From the human T2T-CHM13v2.0 reference genome, Homo sapiens: DNA of 64,000 bases. The notes beneath the pieces are model-generated. The model had not been told where the DNA came from and made no database searches. It saw only the letters and a program-made list of their open reading frames with translations. The stretch lies in assembly GCF_009914755.1 (NCBI RefSeq), contig NC_060935.1; one strand, written 5' to 3'. The translations under genes and the position numbers were made by a program. Positions 12,976-32,904 of the stretch are shown one piece after another (the stretch's first letter is position 1; each line of letters starts with the position of its first letter).

Positions 12976-14710
12976 GATAGACCGGGTTCCATCTTTTTAG
13001 GCCCGGGGAGCCTATGGTCTCTATGGAAGTAGGGGGGCGATTAATGGATTTTTTGGTCAATACTGGTGCTGATTTCTCTGTGGTAACTCACCCAGTTAGC
13101 CCCCCTACAAAGAACTGTGCTACTATCATAGGGGCTCCTGGGGCCAAAGAAAAGAGACCTTTTTGCAAATCCAGGAGTTGTGTTATCGGGGGACAAGAAG
13201 TGCAGCATGAGTTTCTATATATGCCAAGTTGTTCAATGCCCTTGTTGGGGAGAGACTTACTCCAGAAACTTCAGGCACAAATTTCCTTTACACCTAAAGG
13301 GAATATGACTCTGGAGTTTGGAAAATCTAAGGCGATGGTATTGACCCTGACTGTCCCAAGAGTTGAGGAATGGCGGCTATATGAATGTGTGCCAGAAGGC
13401 CACCAGAGTCAGGCCTACACAATATGTGGGGGATGCTTTTCAAGGTACTGGGTGTATGCACTCAGGACAACCCCCCTGGACTTGCTGCAAATAGACCCCC
13501 GGTGGTAGTAGAGTTTAACCCTCATGCTTCCCCAGTGTGAATCTGTCAATACCCACTACCCAGAGAGGCAATTGATGGAATAACAAAGCACATAAATTGG
13601 CTTTATATGCATGAGATTATAGTAAAATGCAAGTCCTCATGGAATACTCCTCTGCTGTCTGTGTGCAAACCAAGTGGGGAATACAGGCCAAGGCAGGACC
13701 TCCGGGTGGTAAACAAGGCCACTGTCACTATCCATGCCATAGTAACCAACCCATACAAAATGCTGGGACAGATTCCTGCTGATGACACTTGGTTCACATG
13801 TCTGGACTTAAAGAATGCCTTCTTTTGTTTGAGGCTTTCTCCCCAAAATCAGCCTATATTTGCCTTCCAGTGGGGGCAATCACAATATACCTGGACAAGG
13901 CTGCCACAAGGGTTTAAGAATTCTCCTACCATTTTTGAGGAGGCTTTGGCTACAGATCTTGAGGCTTTGCGCAACCTAGTGACAATTGTGTGCTATTACA
14001 ATACATTGCTGATTTTGTTATTCGCAGCCCTCAGGAGGGAGGAATGCCTTCAAGGAAGAAAGAGGCTTCATCACCTGCTGTGTGAAGCTGGTTACAAAGT
14101 GTCCAAGGACAAGGCAAAACAAGTCTGTTTTCGGGAAGTTAGATATCTAGGATTCATGGTATCCCAAGGCCAGGGCAGGCTTGAAAGGGCACGCTAGGAG
14201 GCTGTATGTGCATTGCCCACCACAGTTAAAGGCAGCAGGTCAGGGAATTTCTAGGCACGGTGGGATTCTGCCGAATCTGGATTCTAAACTTCTACCCTAT
14301 AACAAGGCCCTTACATGAGTCTACCAAAGGTGGGAAAAGAGAGCCCCTCTTATGGGAAAAGGAACAGGAAAAGGCCTTCAAGGATATAAAGGAAGCTCTC
14401 ATCCAGGCCCTGTCACTAGGGTTGCCGGATGTAAAAAAAGCCCTTCTTTTTGTATGTGGATAAACAAAATGGCAGTCGGTGTCTTAACTCAATTGTTGGC
14501 CTCTTGGCATCGGCCAGTAGCATACTTATCGAAAAGACTGGACTTGGTGGCCTTAGGTTGGCCCCACTGCCTCAGGGCATTGGCAGCTACCACAATCCTC
14601 ATGGAAGACGCCAACAAGCTAGCCCTAGGTCAGAAGTTAATAGTTCGGGTGCCACAAGCTGTAGTCACCTTAATGCAGCAAAGAGGACATTGTTGGCTGT
14701 CCAATTCTAG
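12976..14710 (+). pseudogene. ERV pro-pol, disrupted, truncated before RNase H/integrase
   Basis: Protease LVNTGA (D>N at 13059) and GRDLL; RT WNTPLL, QDLR, LDLKNAF, LPQGFKNSP, and YIAD (from YIDD) at 14002-14013; tether region RPVAYLSKRLD. No env or 3' LTR follows. Confidence 0.9.
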
Positions 14711-16129
14711 AAACTAAATAAAATTCAACAAAAAATGAATTGCATTTAAACCTCTGAAAACTCTTTAGTGTCCCTACTTGGTCACAATAGCCATGTAAAA
14801 TTGAAATCTAATTTTCTTATTTTAATAGCTACCTCTTTTGACAGAAAGATCCAGCCTTCTAACTGATGGTTATATGTTTTATTTAAAAAATCAGTAGACT
14901 CTTTGATGTGACAATATTTAGCAAGCATATCATGATTGTGGAAACAAGATGGAAACACTAGCTTCAGGATCAGAAGACATGGGTTTATTTCTTACTGTTC
15001 CACTGTATTCATTCCATGACCTTAAATAGCTCTCCCTATTTCTACAAGTAGTTTACTTAGAACATTTAGAAGGTGTTTACAAGTTCTGTGATTATGTCCA
15101 TACTAAGATATTTATTACGATAAATATTGCTATATTTTATTCTACAACTAGAAGAGGGAAAGTTGGAAGGGTTTTGAGTGATTGTGTGTCTGGAGGCCAG
15201 CAGCTGAATACAACTCCAAACTTTTCAATTTTTAATAAACAACTTATGAGATGTCCTCCTGGAATAAAAGGGATTTTAGATTGGACTAAGAAAATATAAG
15301 CTCTGCTCTTGAGTGTTTTGTTACTTTGAGAATGTGTTCTTGAGTCTATTGAAGTGCATTAAACTGCCCGTAAGAACACTGTCAGACATCTTATTTTTGT
15401 TTAATTAGCTCCTGACTTGGATCTGTCAAATGTTAAATGTACACTCCACTGGTTTCTTACCAACTGTTATCTGATCCACAGGTAATTTTTTTGCTTATTC
15501 TGGCTTACCTTTTTAGTTGGAAAAATCTGTGTTGCTTTCTCTTCAGTTTTTCCCACTCACTTTTGGATTTGTATTCTGGAAACAGACTTTTTCTTATAGC
15601 TCCAGGAACTCCTCTTTTGAAAAGTTACCTTTATGTTCAACCCTCTTTGACTGGGACCTAACTCTGTAGACTGTCCTTTCTTCACTCCATGCTACTCTAC
15701 TCTGGGATCCTGGGAGCTTGACTAGACAGGTGTAGGGATTCCAAAGAACTCTATCTATCACCACTCTTAGCTATTCAAGTAGAGACTGGATGGCTACCTA
15801 ATGGGCCATCATGAATGGAGTTTAATATTTTATTAGGTTGGGCATGATGACCTTGTAAGTTCATGCAAATTCTCTGATCTGGCTCTGTGCTTTCACTCCA
15901 GACTTGAAAGACAGTTCAAGACATTTTCACAGATGACAACTTAGCAAAATCCATGTTTATTATAGTTCTTTAGATAGTTTCAAACCCTCATTCAAACTTT
16001 GTCACCTACCATCATAAATATTATCATGGTACTACACTAGGTAAATGTTTCTACTAGGAGATAATTCTAACATGCTTCACAATTTGCAACAACATAACAG
16101 TTTCATGACACATTAGTTGTAAAGCAATA

Positions 16130-16305
16130 ATTTAAGAATAAGAATCCTGGCCCAGAATTTAGAAGGCTTGGCTTCTAATTTTGCCTTGCCAGATGAGGTT
16201 CTAATTCCTTGATTTAGTTTTCCATGTTGTAAAGAAGGAATACTGATGCCTATATCTTTCCCAAGCCATAGGGATATTGTTAGATTAAATTTAAATGACT
16301 GAAAT
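16130..16305 (+). mobile_element. MIR fragment
   Basis: tagttttccatgttgtaaa...gggatattgttagattaaat resembles the MIR core. Confidence 0.55.
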
Positions 16306-17259
16306 AAATGAATTTTACTACTCTGAATATAATTTAAGAATGTAATTATTTTCATCATTGTCATGTTAATCTAATTCCAGAATTAGCAGGAGAAACAACT
16401 GCTTTGAAGTACTGTAAGCTACAACTGATGAAGTGCCGCTATTATAATAGGAGTCATTACTATCACTTAATTTACATCTGAAATTAAAATTATAACAGAT
16501 TAAAATTATGAAAGATAGGTTAATAAGGAAATATTATAATGAAAAATTTAAAAGTCAGTTAACCACCCAAATGTTTAATTTATACAATACCAAATATCCA
16601 GACTCCCTACTAAGTTTATTTGATACATTATCAAATGTCCAAATTTATAAGTGGTCAAGTTTATTTTTGACACAATGATTAATCTTCATGCAGACTTAAG
16701 CAAGCAGTTAAAATTAAAGATAAATGCTGCAAACATTCTGTTCTCATGTTCAGTTAAGTAACGTGAAACTAATTGGGCTGTAGGCAAGGTCTGCTAATAA
16801 TAGTGAAATACCCGTGAGGTCTAATTAACCATAGCTAAGAAACTTTGCAGAATTTGCCTGCAAAGAGGATATGTGGTAGCACTTCTAAGACTCAAGAGAA
16901 AGGTACCATCCAAAGATGCCATTTATAAATCCACAAAGACCTACTGGAGCTGAGCTAGTTGGCATTTTTTATCTTACAGCTGCACTTCTTGATAAACTAA
17001 CAGCTGCCTGGGGCTCTGGCCGTGGAGCTATGCCAGACAAGTTAATAGGTGAGATTTGTTTTTTAAGAAATCATATAAACATAGAACCTCAGGATTAAAT
17101 GGACCTTAAAAATCACCCTTCTTCCCCACCAATCTAAGGTTTAATTCTCTTCTTCTGCATTTAAAATATCAAGAAAGATAGAATCAACTGTAATATAATC
17201 CCACCACTTTAGAAGTAAAAATATTTTAAGGTCTTTTTTTTCCCATTGACATATATTTA

Positions 17260-17570
17260 AATTAATTAGGATCATATTATGTATTCAAATTTGTGTCCAC
17301 ATTTTCCCCACTTAATATTACAACATAAAAATTTTCATTTGATATTACACAAATTTTAAGAACATTGTTAAAAACTACACATAATTCTGAGAGGCTCACT
17401 ATATTTTACTTCCCCGCTTCTCTAATGTGAGACATTCCATGTAGTTTCTAATTTTCTGCAGCTTTCAATAGTTTTGTTGAACATATTAGTACTGAATGAT
17501 TTTTCTTTTTTTAAAGTATTTTCTTTTAGGATTTATTCTTAGAAAAAAATATTGTGAAGTCCAAGGAAAA
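17260..17570 (-). mobile_element. Ancient L1 (L1ME-type) fragment
   Basis: Degenerate antisense ORF2 end/3'UTR motifs (ggatcatattatgtatt, gacattccatgtagtttcta). Confidence 0.5.
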
Positions 17571-17769
17571 AGACAAGCTGACTTTAATTTATCTATGTTT
17601 ATTTTTAGATCACGTTTATTATGTCTTCTCTTACTTTATGCACACCATACTCTATCAGATCTGCTTGGTCGACCTCAGAATAAGAGAAAACAATGAAGCG
17701 GCTGCACTTTGTTTTCACATATGTACACAATTTTTGTCCTGGACAATCAAAAAATAAACCCCTTTATAG

Positions 17770-18139
<370 letters not shown>

Positions 18140-18644
18140 TTGTTTTCATATTTTTGGGAAATGTTTGTCTCCAAACTGGGATGATTTTTCCTTTTCTATT
18201 AATAATGCAGTTTTCTCAAAGCAAGAGTGATGTACGATGGATGTTAGGGAAGAGTGGGAGAAAAAGGCATGAGAATGTATGTAGCAGAAATAAAGTAGTA
18301 GAAGGTATTATTCATCTTGTGAGTAGGTGAATTGTTGTTATGTGGTAATAAAATGTCAGGGGAGAGCTGACAAAAGGGCTCTGTCAGGAACAAATTTATG
18401 ATTTTATATGGGCAAACATACATGAATATGTAGTGTCCAATAAGTATTCCCTGAATGAGTGAATATGCAAGTCATAGATACTTACTTATAGTAACTAGTA
18501 GATTTTATATGTTAGTGTTTGTGTACGTGTGTGTATATATTTGTATAGTACTTTGTCTTATCTAGCAGTCTATTTCTGTTCTCTACATTGATTTTCTATT
18601 TTTAAAACTTTGAAAATAAGGGATTCTTTGGCTTTGACAGATTA

Positions 18645-19105
<461 letters not shown>

Positions 19106-19589
19106 TTACCCAGTAACATAGTCTTTCCTGCAGGCAATTGATACTTCCATCCTCATCCTATGATATATGCTAGAAACTATTAAACTGGAATGCATCTTCC
19201 TTTCAAAAGTTTGTTTATGTTCTCATAAGGTAGACAGCATGGATAAACAGAGTGGGAGGATAAGAGTACTTAAATTCCTAGGTTTATGGGCTGGGGAAAC
19301 ACATGCATCCTTACACATGGAGATGTAGGAAGGGAAGATGTAGGGGAATTCACCAAGCATGTATTCATTGCCTGGTAGGTGCCAGGCACTGAAAATACTC
19401 TGTCAACCACTGCATAGTTACAGTGAGGAAAGCAACATGAATAGCATATTTATTATGGTGGGTGCTAGGGAAAGTGTGTCTCTGACAACTTATGTTTCCC
19501 TAATCTGCCTGCTTACAATCGATATTTCTTGACCATGTCTTTCTCCCAGTTAGAGCTGTGGGTTCAAATGTAAATTCTGTGGGAAGAGA

Positions 19590-19770
19590 GAATAATCCTT
19601 ACCTGTGTACAGCACTTTATAGTTTACAAAATCAATCTCACAACTACAGTTTGTAAACTCACAGATGTAGAGGAAGGCTCAAAAGCATGGGACACTGTAG
19701 TAACTTAGCAAAGTCAAATGGAGTTGGAACAAGAGGAAGAATCCAGATCTCATGTATATAGTCAAGTATG
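19590..19770 (-). mobile_element. MIR fragment
   Basis: acagcactttatagtttacaaa...aacttagcaaagtca resembles antisense MIR. Confidence 0.55.
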
Positions 19771-19990
19771 TTCTCAGCAAATTACACAGAAACTGTTGCC
19801 TTATATATGTTTTACAGGTGATAATACTAGATGTATTTACGTGAAGAGACTGAAAGCATCATGGAGGAAGTGGAAATGAATAATTTAAATAATTAATGGG
19901 GTGAGGGAAGCCAAAGACATGCTCCACAGTTAACTACCCTATCTCTATACTGTGAAATTCAGACTGTAATCCTTTAATGATTAATAATAA

Positions 19991-20014
19991 TCTTTCTTTA
20001 TCTATCTCTTGTAG
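19991..20014 (+). promoter_or_regulatory. Candidate splice acceptor for the coding exon of the second OR
   Basis: tctttctttatctatctcttgtag|g, 40 nt before ATG 20055. Confidence 0.6.
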
Positions 20015-20054
20015 GTAATTCAGACCCTAATACCTGGAAGGTATTACTCTCTGA

Positions 20055-20991
20055 ATGGATCACCACATGCCTCCCAACAATGTGACTGAATTCATTCTCT
20101 TGGGGCTCACACAGAATCCACACTTGCAGAAAATACTCTTTATTGTATTTTTATTTATTTTTCTATTTACCATGCTGGCCAATCTGTTCATTGTCATCAC
20201 CATCTCCTGTAGCCCCACACTTTCATCACCCATGTACTTCTTTCTCACTTACTTATCCTTTATAGATGCCTCCTACACCTCTGTCACAACCCCCAAAATG
20301 ATCACCGACCTGCTCTACCAGAGGAGAACTATTTCCTTGGCTGGCTGCCTGACTCAGCTCTTTGTGGAGCACTTGCTGGGAGGCTCAGAGATCATCCTCC
20401 TTATTGTCATGGCCTATGACCGCTACGTGGCCATCTGCAAGCCCCTGCACTACACAACCATTATGCAACAAGGGATCTGCCACCTTCTGGTGGTGATAGC
20501 CTGGATTGGAGGCATCCTGCATGCCACTGTGCAGATTCTTTTCATGACCGACTTGCCCTTCTGTGGTCCCCAATGTCATTGACCACTTTATGTGTGATCT
20601 CTTCCCATTGTTGAAACTTGCCTGCAGAGACACCTACAGACTTGGGATGCTGGTGGCAGCCAACAGTGGAGCCATGTGCTTGCTCATCTTTTCCCTGCTC
20701 GTCATCTCCTACATAGTCATCCTGAGCTCCCTGAAATCCTATAGCTCTGAAGGACAGCACAAAGCCCTCTCCACCTGTGGCTCCCACTTTACTGTCGTTG
20801 TACTCTTTTTTGTGCCTTGCATATTCACCTACATGCATCCTGTGGTCACCTACTCTGTGGACAAGTTGGTGACTGTGTTCTTTGCAATCCTCACTCCCAT
20901 GTTAAATCCTATAATTTACACTGTGAGAAACACAGAGGTAAAAAATGCCGTGAGGAGTTTGTTGAGGAAAAGAGTAACAGTTTATGCATAA
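20055..20991 (+). pseudogene. OR4C1P: Olfactory receptor pseudogene, OR4C subfamily, single 1-bp frameshift
   Basis: ORFs 20055-20582 and 20563-20991 join into a 311-aa OR if one C is removed from CCCC at 20568-20571 (FCGP|NVID). NVT glycosylation site, [30 protein letters not shown] and PMLNPIIY are intact. The symbol is tentative, from recalled cluster order. Confidence 0.85.
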
Positions 20992-21501
20992 TGGCAAGAA
21001 AGTGATGATATATATAAACATGGAGGATTATATCTGTGGTAAATTGTGCAAGAGAATTCACAAATTTTACAGATCATTGACAAAAACTAAACAAACAAGC
21101 AAACAATTTAAAAAGGTCCCCAGAAACTAACATTTATTGAGTACTTAGTATTGGCTAGGTCTTTTTGCTAGGTATTTTGATAGATTTTAACATACTTTAC
21201 CAACATTTTATGTTCATGTGCATTGATTCTGGATATGCAATGGAAAGAACAACCATAAATCCCTAGCTTGATAATTCTAGAGTATGTTTTTTTCTAGTCT
21301 CACTGTTACTTTGCTAAATTCTTCATACATATGTTACATACATGAAGTTGACTTTTGAGTAGAATCTTGATCTCAGAACTTTTAAAATTTTGCTTGGCTC
21401 ATGGTAAAGCAAAAAAGAGGCTAGAAATCCCTAGACATGTGTAGACGGAGGGTGACAATTGAGCGAAAGAACCACTGGTGATTTACTTCCTTTGTTCATT
21501 T

Positions 21502-21751
21502 GTTCCTTCCCTCCCTTTCTCTCTTTCTTTCTTTCTTTTCTTTCTTTCTCTTTCCTTCTTTCTTTCTCTTTCTTTCTTTCTTTCTTTCTTTTTTCTTTCT
21601 TTCTTTCTTTTCTTCCTTCATTTCTTCCTTTCTTTTCTTTTCCTTTCTTTCTTTCTTTCTTCTTTTTCTTTCTTTTCTTTCTTCTTTCTCTTTCTTTCTT
21701 CTTTCTTTCTTGTCTTTCTTTTTTCTTCTTTCTTTCTTTCTTTTTTTTTTT
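21502..21751 (+). repeat. CT-rich (TTTC)n-type low-complexity tract
   Basis: About 250 nt, almost purely pyrimidine. Confidence 0.95.
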
Positions 21752-21851
21752 AAGATTTTAACCACAGCATTTTTATTAGTTTCAACTTGGAAACAATTTA
21801 AATGTCTAATAATGGATTTAGTACTATAGTAATCTACATGATAAAATGTTA

Positions 21852-22190
21852 TCCCTTTCTTTCTTCTTTCTTTCTCTTGTTCTTTCCCTTCTTCCTCTCT
21901 TTTCTTTTTATTTTTTCTTTCTTTCTTTCTTTTTCTTTCTCTCTTTCTTTCTTCTTTCTTTCTCTCTCTCTCTTTCTTCTCTCTCTTTCTGTCTTTCTTT
22001 CTTCCTTTCCCTCCCTCCCTCTTTGTCTCTCTCTCTCCCTCCCTTCTTTTCTTCCTTCCTCCCTTTCTTTCTTTCCTCCTTTCTTTCTTTCCTCTCCCTT
22101 CCCTTCCCTTTCCCTCCCCTCCCCTCCCCTCTTCTCCCCTCCCCTCCCCTTCCTTCCTGCTTCTTTCTTCTCTCTCACTTTCTCATCTTC
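21852..22190 (+). repeat. CT-rich tract with (CCCCT)n segment
   Basis: About 340 nt polypyrimidine; (ttccc/cccct)n at ~22095-22150. Confidence 0.95.
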
Positions 22191-22529
22191 AATCTACTGA
22201 AAGCAAAGAGATACCCACAAAAAAGACAGACATAATTAATAACCTATCTTAAAATTGTTTTCCTCAGTGTGAAAAATAAGCTGAGATTGCACTTAACTTG
22301 TTCTGATTTTCTTAAATCTCCTCATAGCTCACAGTTTTTCTTGAATATAAAGGACTTTGTTTTGTTTTCCTCACCAAGATTTGAGAAGCAATTTGAAGCA
22401 GGAAGATTAAACATTCTTTTATTTATTCTCAACAAAAGGCATATGCTAAGTTTCCAAAGTTATTGCTCATTAAATATGCTATATATATTTATATTCAATG
22501 CATGTCTTATTATTTATCAAATGCATTCA

Positions 22530-22700
22530 CTTTAGTTAAGTGACTTAAACCATACACTAAATTGCCAGTTTCAAGATTACTGCCCCCATTTTATAGAGAA
22601 GCAAATTAAAGCTAGGACAGGTACACAAATTTGCTTGTTTCAGATCACACATCTGAGTTTCAGCAACAAAATTTGAATCTAGGTCTTCCAAATCTCAGTC
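22530..22700 (-). mobile_element. MIR fragment
   Basis: ccccattttatagagaagcaaattaaagct...tttgaatctaggtct. Confidence 0.65.
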
Positions 22701-23834
22701 GTACTTCAAATAAAACAGTTGTTCATGGTAAGTTTATGTCCATAGATAAGAAATTTATATGTTTCACTTTGTCCTTCAAGAAAGATGATGCCAAATTTGT
22801 TGTAGCCTTTTATCACATGTAGTATATATTACTACTGAAATATATTTCATGAGTTATGTTCCTATTTATGCATGGAAAATACCAGATCATTCTTTGTTAC
22901 TGTAAAACCTTTCATGAATCAAAGTTTCTCTGACTGTAACACAGTTACTTTGCACAAATGTTATCTTTCTCAAGCTCACTGGTCATCTTGACCTATTTCT
23001 TCCATAATTTGAGCCCACAGTAATGCCAGATCATGGAATTTCTGTTCTTTTGGGTGGGGGGATGACTGTGTATTTTAGCTTATGCATGAATGTTTTAAAT
23101 TCATGAGAAATAAAACTTTTTTTCATAAAACATAGGCCCAAAAGATGATATAATAAGCACTTAATCTAATAAAAATAATTAAATTTGCAATTGCTGGTGA
23201 GATTTAAATATTTCAACAGAATCTAGATGAAATAATTTGTGGTTCACTTTGTATCATGATTGTTAGATAGTGGCTGAGTGTAAGCCAGGGATAGGGATTG
23301 GAAAAGTGTTGAGAAAATGTTATTTCTATTCTAACACAAAAAGAAAGGTTTGAAGATGGAAACTAGGTCCAATGATTGTGTCTTAGGGGCTACACCAAGT
23401 GCTCAGTGGTGGGGTGAGAAGATTAGTGAGACACAAATTATAAATTGTCAACAACAAACTTGGAAGGTATAAAACTAAAAGAAGAAATGTAAATAAACCT
23501 GGCATTCTCAGTGGATGAAGTCCTGCTGGTTTGTAAAGAATTTTGAAGAATGTTAAGATATCCCTTTGCACCCATCATCAAGAGTCTCATGAGGACCAAC
23601 TTCAATCTGATTATTTCTGGTTCTTAAAAATAAAATGATCTAAAAACAAGTATGTACGTTTCCCCCTATAAATTAAACAGAAAAATAATATTTGGTTCTC
23701 ATGTATAAGGATGCTTTGGTTTAATCTAAACATTCAATTCAGTAAAAATACTATGCATTATTTAGGTAGGGGGGGTGAGCTTACTATTGTTAAGACCAAC
23801 TATGAAGCATACGTATTGTTAGGTTTTTTACATA

Positions 23835-24008
23835 CTTTGCCACCTGCCATGATTGGAAGCTTCCTGAGACCACCCCCCTCCCCCAGAAGCAGAAGCTGCT
23901 ATGCTTCCTGTACAGCCTTCAGAAATGTGAGCCAAGTAAGTCTCTTTTCTTTATAAATTACCCAGTCTCAGGTGTTTCTTCACAGTAGTGTGAGAATGGA
24001 CTAATACT
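23835..24008 (+). mobile_element. MaLR MST-type LTR 3' half
   Basis: ccatgattggaagcttcctgag...ataaattacccagtctcaggt...gaatggactaatac. Confidence 0.85.
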
Positions 24009-24401
24009 GATAAAATAAAATACATAAATTGGTAGATAGTATATCTGTGGTGTTAAAATTTCAGAGGCAGGGTCATTAGGAGAACAAAACATCTAAAAAG
24101 CCTCCTCAGAAGGAAAATAAGGAAGAAAAAAAGTTGAAGATCATTACTTTTATCCATGTCTACATGGTTAGGTAAGAACACAGAGTAACTTTGGTGCACT
24201 GAAAAGATAATTCAAGTGCAGAGGTTGGCCCATCACCTGTGAGCTCAGATCCAATTAAATTGAGAGACTCTCCCTTCGCAGGATACTTCTAGGGTATTCA
24301 ATCAAATATGTTAGTGAACCAGTTGTAACCTGTGAAATATATTGCAAACGTAGAATAATAATTTTATTACTGTTGAAGGTTGAAAAAGAATGAAGGCCAT
24401 A

Positions 24402-24698
24402 GGCCATACATGGTGGGGCTTACATGTGTAATTCCAGCACTTTGGGAGGCCAAGGTGAGTAGATCACTTGAACGCAAGAGTTTTAAACCAGCCTGGCAAC
24501 ATGGTAAAACCCTGTCCCTACTAAAAACACAAAAATTAGCCGGGCATGGTGGTGCCTGCCTGTAGTCCCAGCTACTCTGAAGTCTGAGGCAGGAGGATCG
24601 CTTGAGCTTCAAGAGGTCGAGGCTTCAGTGAGTCATGATCCTGCCACTGTGCTTCAGCCTGGGTGACAGAGTGGGACTCTGCCTCAAAAAAGAAAAAC
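24402..24698 (+). mobile_element. Alu (AluJ-like)
   Basis: Dimer; TSD aaaaagaatgaaggc(c/t)ata at 24383-24401 and 24699-24717. Confidence 0.95.
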
Positions 24699-25545
24699 AA
24701 AAAGAATGAAGGCTATAACTCCAAATATTTTAAAAATTAAAGCCATATTATTTAAGAATACTAACTGTTGTGGAGTGAGAAGGAATTTAGTCCATTTTTT
24801 TTTTTTTCTGGCTGAGGTTCATTTTTAAATTCTTAATAATGGCAGCTGTCCTGCAGTTAGATGTAACACAATTTCAAGAAAAGTCTGAAAACATGAAGAG
24901 AGTATCAGACTAGGTATTAAAAAATTCTGTCCTGATACTTGCTAGGTGGCCTAGAGAAGTAGTACTCCCGTTTCTTCATCTGTATTGTCAGGCAGAAGGG
25001 TAACTGTGTGGCCATTCTGTTACTGAAGGACAAAATGTAGCTGAGGAGCAAATCATTGAATGGGGAATACCGTGATCTAGTTTTGTGCTTGTGAAGCATC
25101 AGCTTGGCTTGGCTCCAGTGAAGCTCCCCAACGGGAAAAACTCAATCACTGCAGGGACGAATGTACTGTGATTAGCTTCTCAGTCAGTAGCGACACAGCC
25201 TCAAAGTGAAACAGTTGGAATGAGGCAAGTACGCACATTGTGGAATTCTGTGCTATTTCAAAGTGGCACTCTGCCCTCTTGTAGCCCAGGCCCAGTATCC
25301 AAAGGTGGACATCTTATTAATAATGTTTCTTCTGAAATGTGGATTGGAAGCTGTTTAAAATTAAGCTCAAAGTGCAGCCAAATGGCAAGCGTAGTCCCAT
25401 GAATGATTTTGTAGACAGCTTAGCTGGTTACCTTTGTTGGTAACTTTTCCTATTCAGATAAAATTTAAGCTTCTCTGCCAACCACAAGAGTGGTTTTTCA
25501 TTTAAGTTCTTGGACACTTAAAACAACTATTTTAAATATTTCTTT

Positions 25546-31551
<6,006 letters not shown>

Positions 31552-32904
31552 AAATATTTCTTTAAAATCACTAGAAACTCTAGCCCTATCAACTTTCCAT
31601 TAAATGATGAGATGATTTATTTTTTGGGCGGTCCTTACTTACTTTGACCCTCTAATGTGTTGTGATTCCTAGCTCTTCTGTAGAAGAAAGTTCACGTGAG
31701 TACATACTGGATGGGGCCAGACTTTCAGTCCCACTGACATGATCTTAAGAAAGTTTACTTGCATAATCTCTGCCTTCTACTTAGCGGGATCATCAGGTAA
31801 CTGGCTTTTGGGAGTCACAGAGATGACACCAAACACCAAATGAACTTTGGTGATGACCTTAAATTTTTATTCGAGCATTAAACATGTTCCTATTAATTTG
31901 AGCTACTATTTTGAAACTGTTAAAATAATTGAATCACCTAATTGCATGCACTATCATATTATGCTTAAAATGCCCATTAATTTCCTTGTTTTATTTGTAT
32001 ATGTAAATTCAGATCTCAGAATGGAGAGACTTTATCATCAGTTTCTAGCTTGATTTGCTTTAATCTTTTTGACAAGCTATCAAAATTAAGTATCTACCTT
32101 TTGGCCTCTATCCAGATAATTAAGATTAGAAAATAAAATAGTGTATTAATATTCTAGAAATGTGCTCTTAGGAAAAGGAGGAACAGTTATAGCTGGTATG
32201 CCTAGTATGGTTTTCAGAGAGATCTTCTGTTTCTCTTCTTTCATTTGACTCTCTCTCTGTGTATATATATTATATATCCATTTCTGCTTTCCTCTTGTTC
32301 CAGTTTCATTTAATCTTTATTTTTCTACTAATACGTTTTAAGAAAGAAATTAGGTTGTGTCTATTTGAATTAGTTAATACTTCAAATTCAGGTTTTCATT
32401 TTTAATGAAAAGATGAATTGTGTTGTAAAAATGTATTTATCAATATAAAACCATGCACATTTATTTGTGAGCAGCCCTGCCCACAGACGTGATGTTGGTT
32501 CTGAGGATGATGCTGGTGATTTGCTTGGGAATGGGATGGTGAAGTCAAGAAAGCTTGTTTAGGGACTAAGCCCTCTTCCTCTGGAAGCATTCCAAGAAAA
32601 CATCAACATTTTAATCTACACTGTTATAGTAATTTTCATCCTAGAAAAGTGCTATGAAGATAATTCTCCCTCCACTCATCTCTCAAGGAAAGAAAAGTGA
32701 ATTAAGAAAATTAATAATGGTGCATATGTTTAGGGTAGATATCTTCCAAGGAACACAAGGTCACAGATTGCTAGTTAAAAATGATGACCCAGAGTCACTC
32801 ACTAAACACACCACTGCCCCCTTTTTACCATTCAAGATTTTACTGAAGAAATTATTTAGCCCCCATAAGGAATTCAGACACAAGATAGACATACGAGCTA
32901 TAAG

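Noticed and set aside
21459-22235. F/S/L-rich and K/R/E-rich ORFs
   Set aside because: Artefacts of stop-free CT/GA low-complexity DNA.
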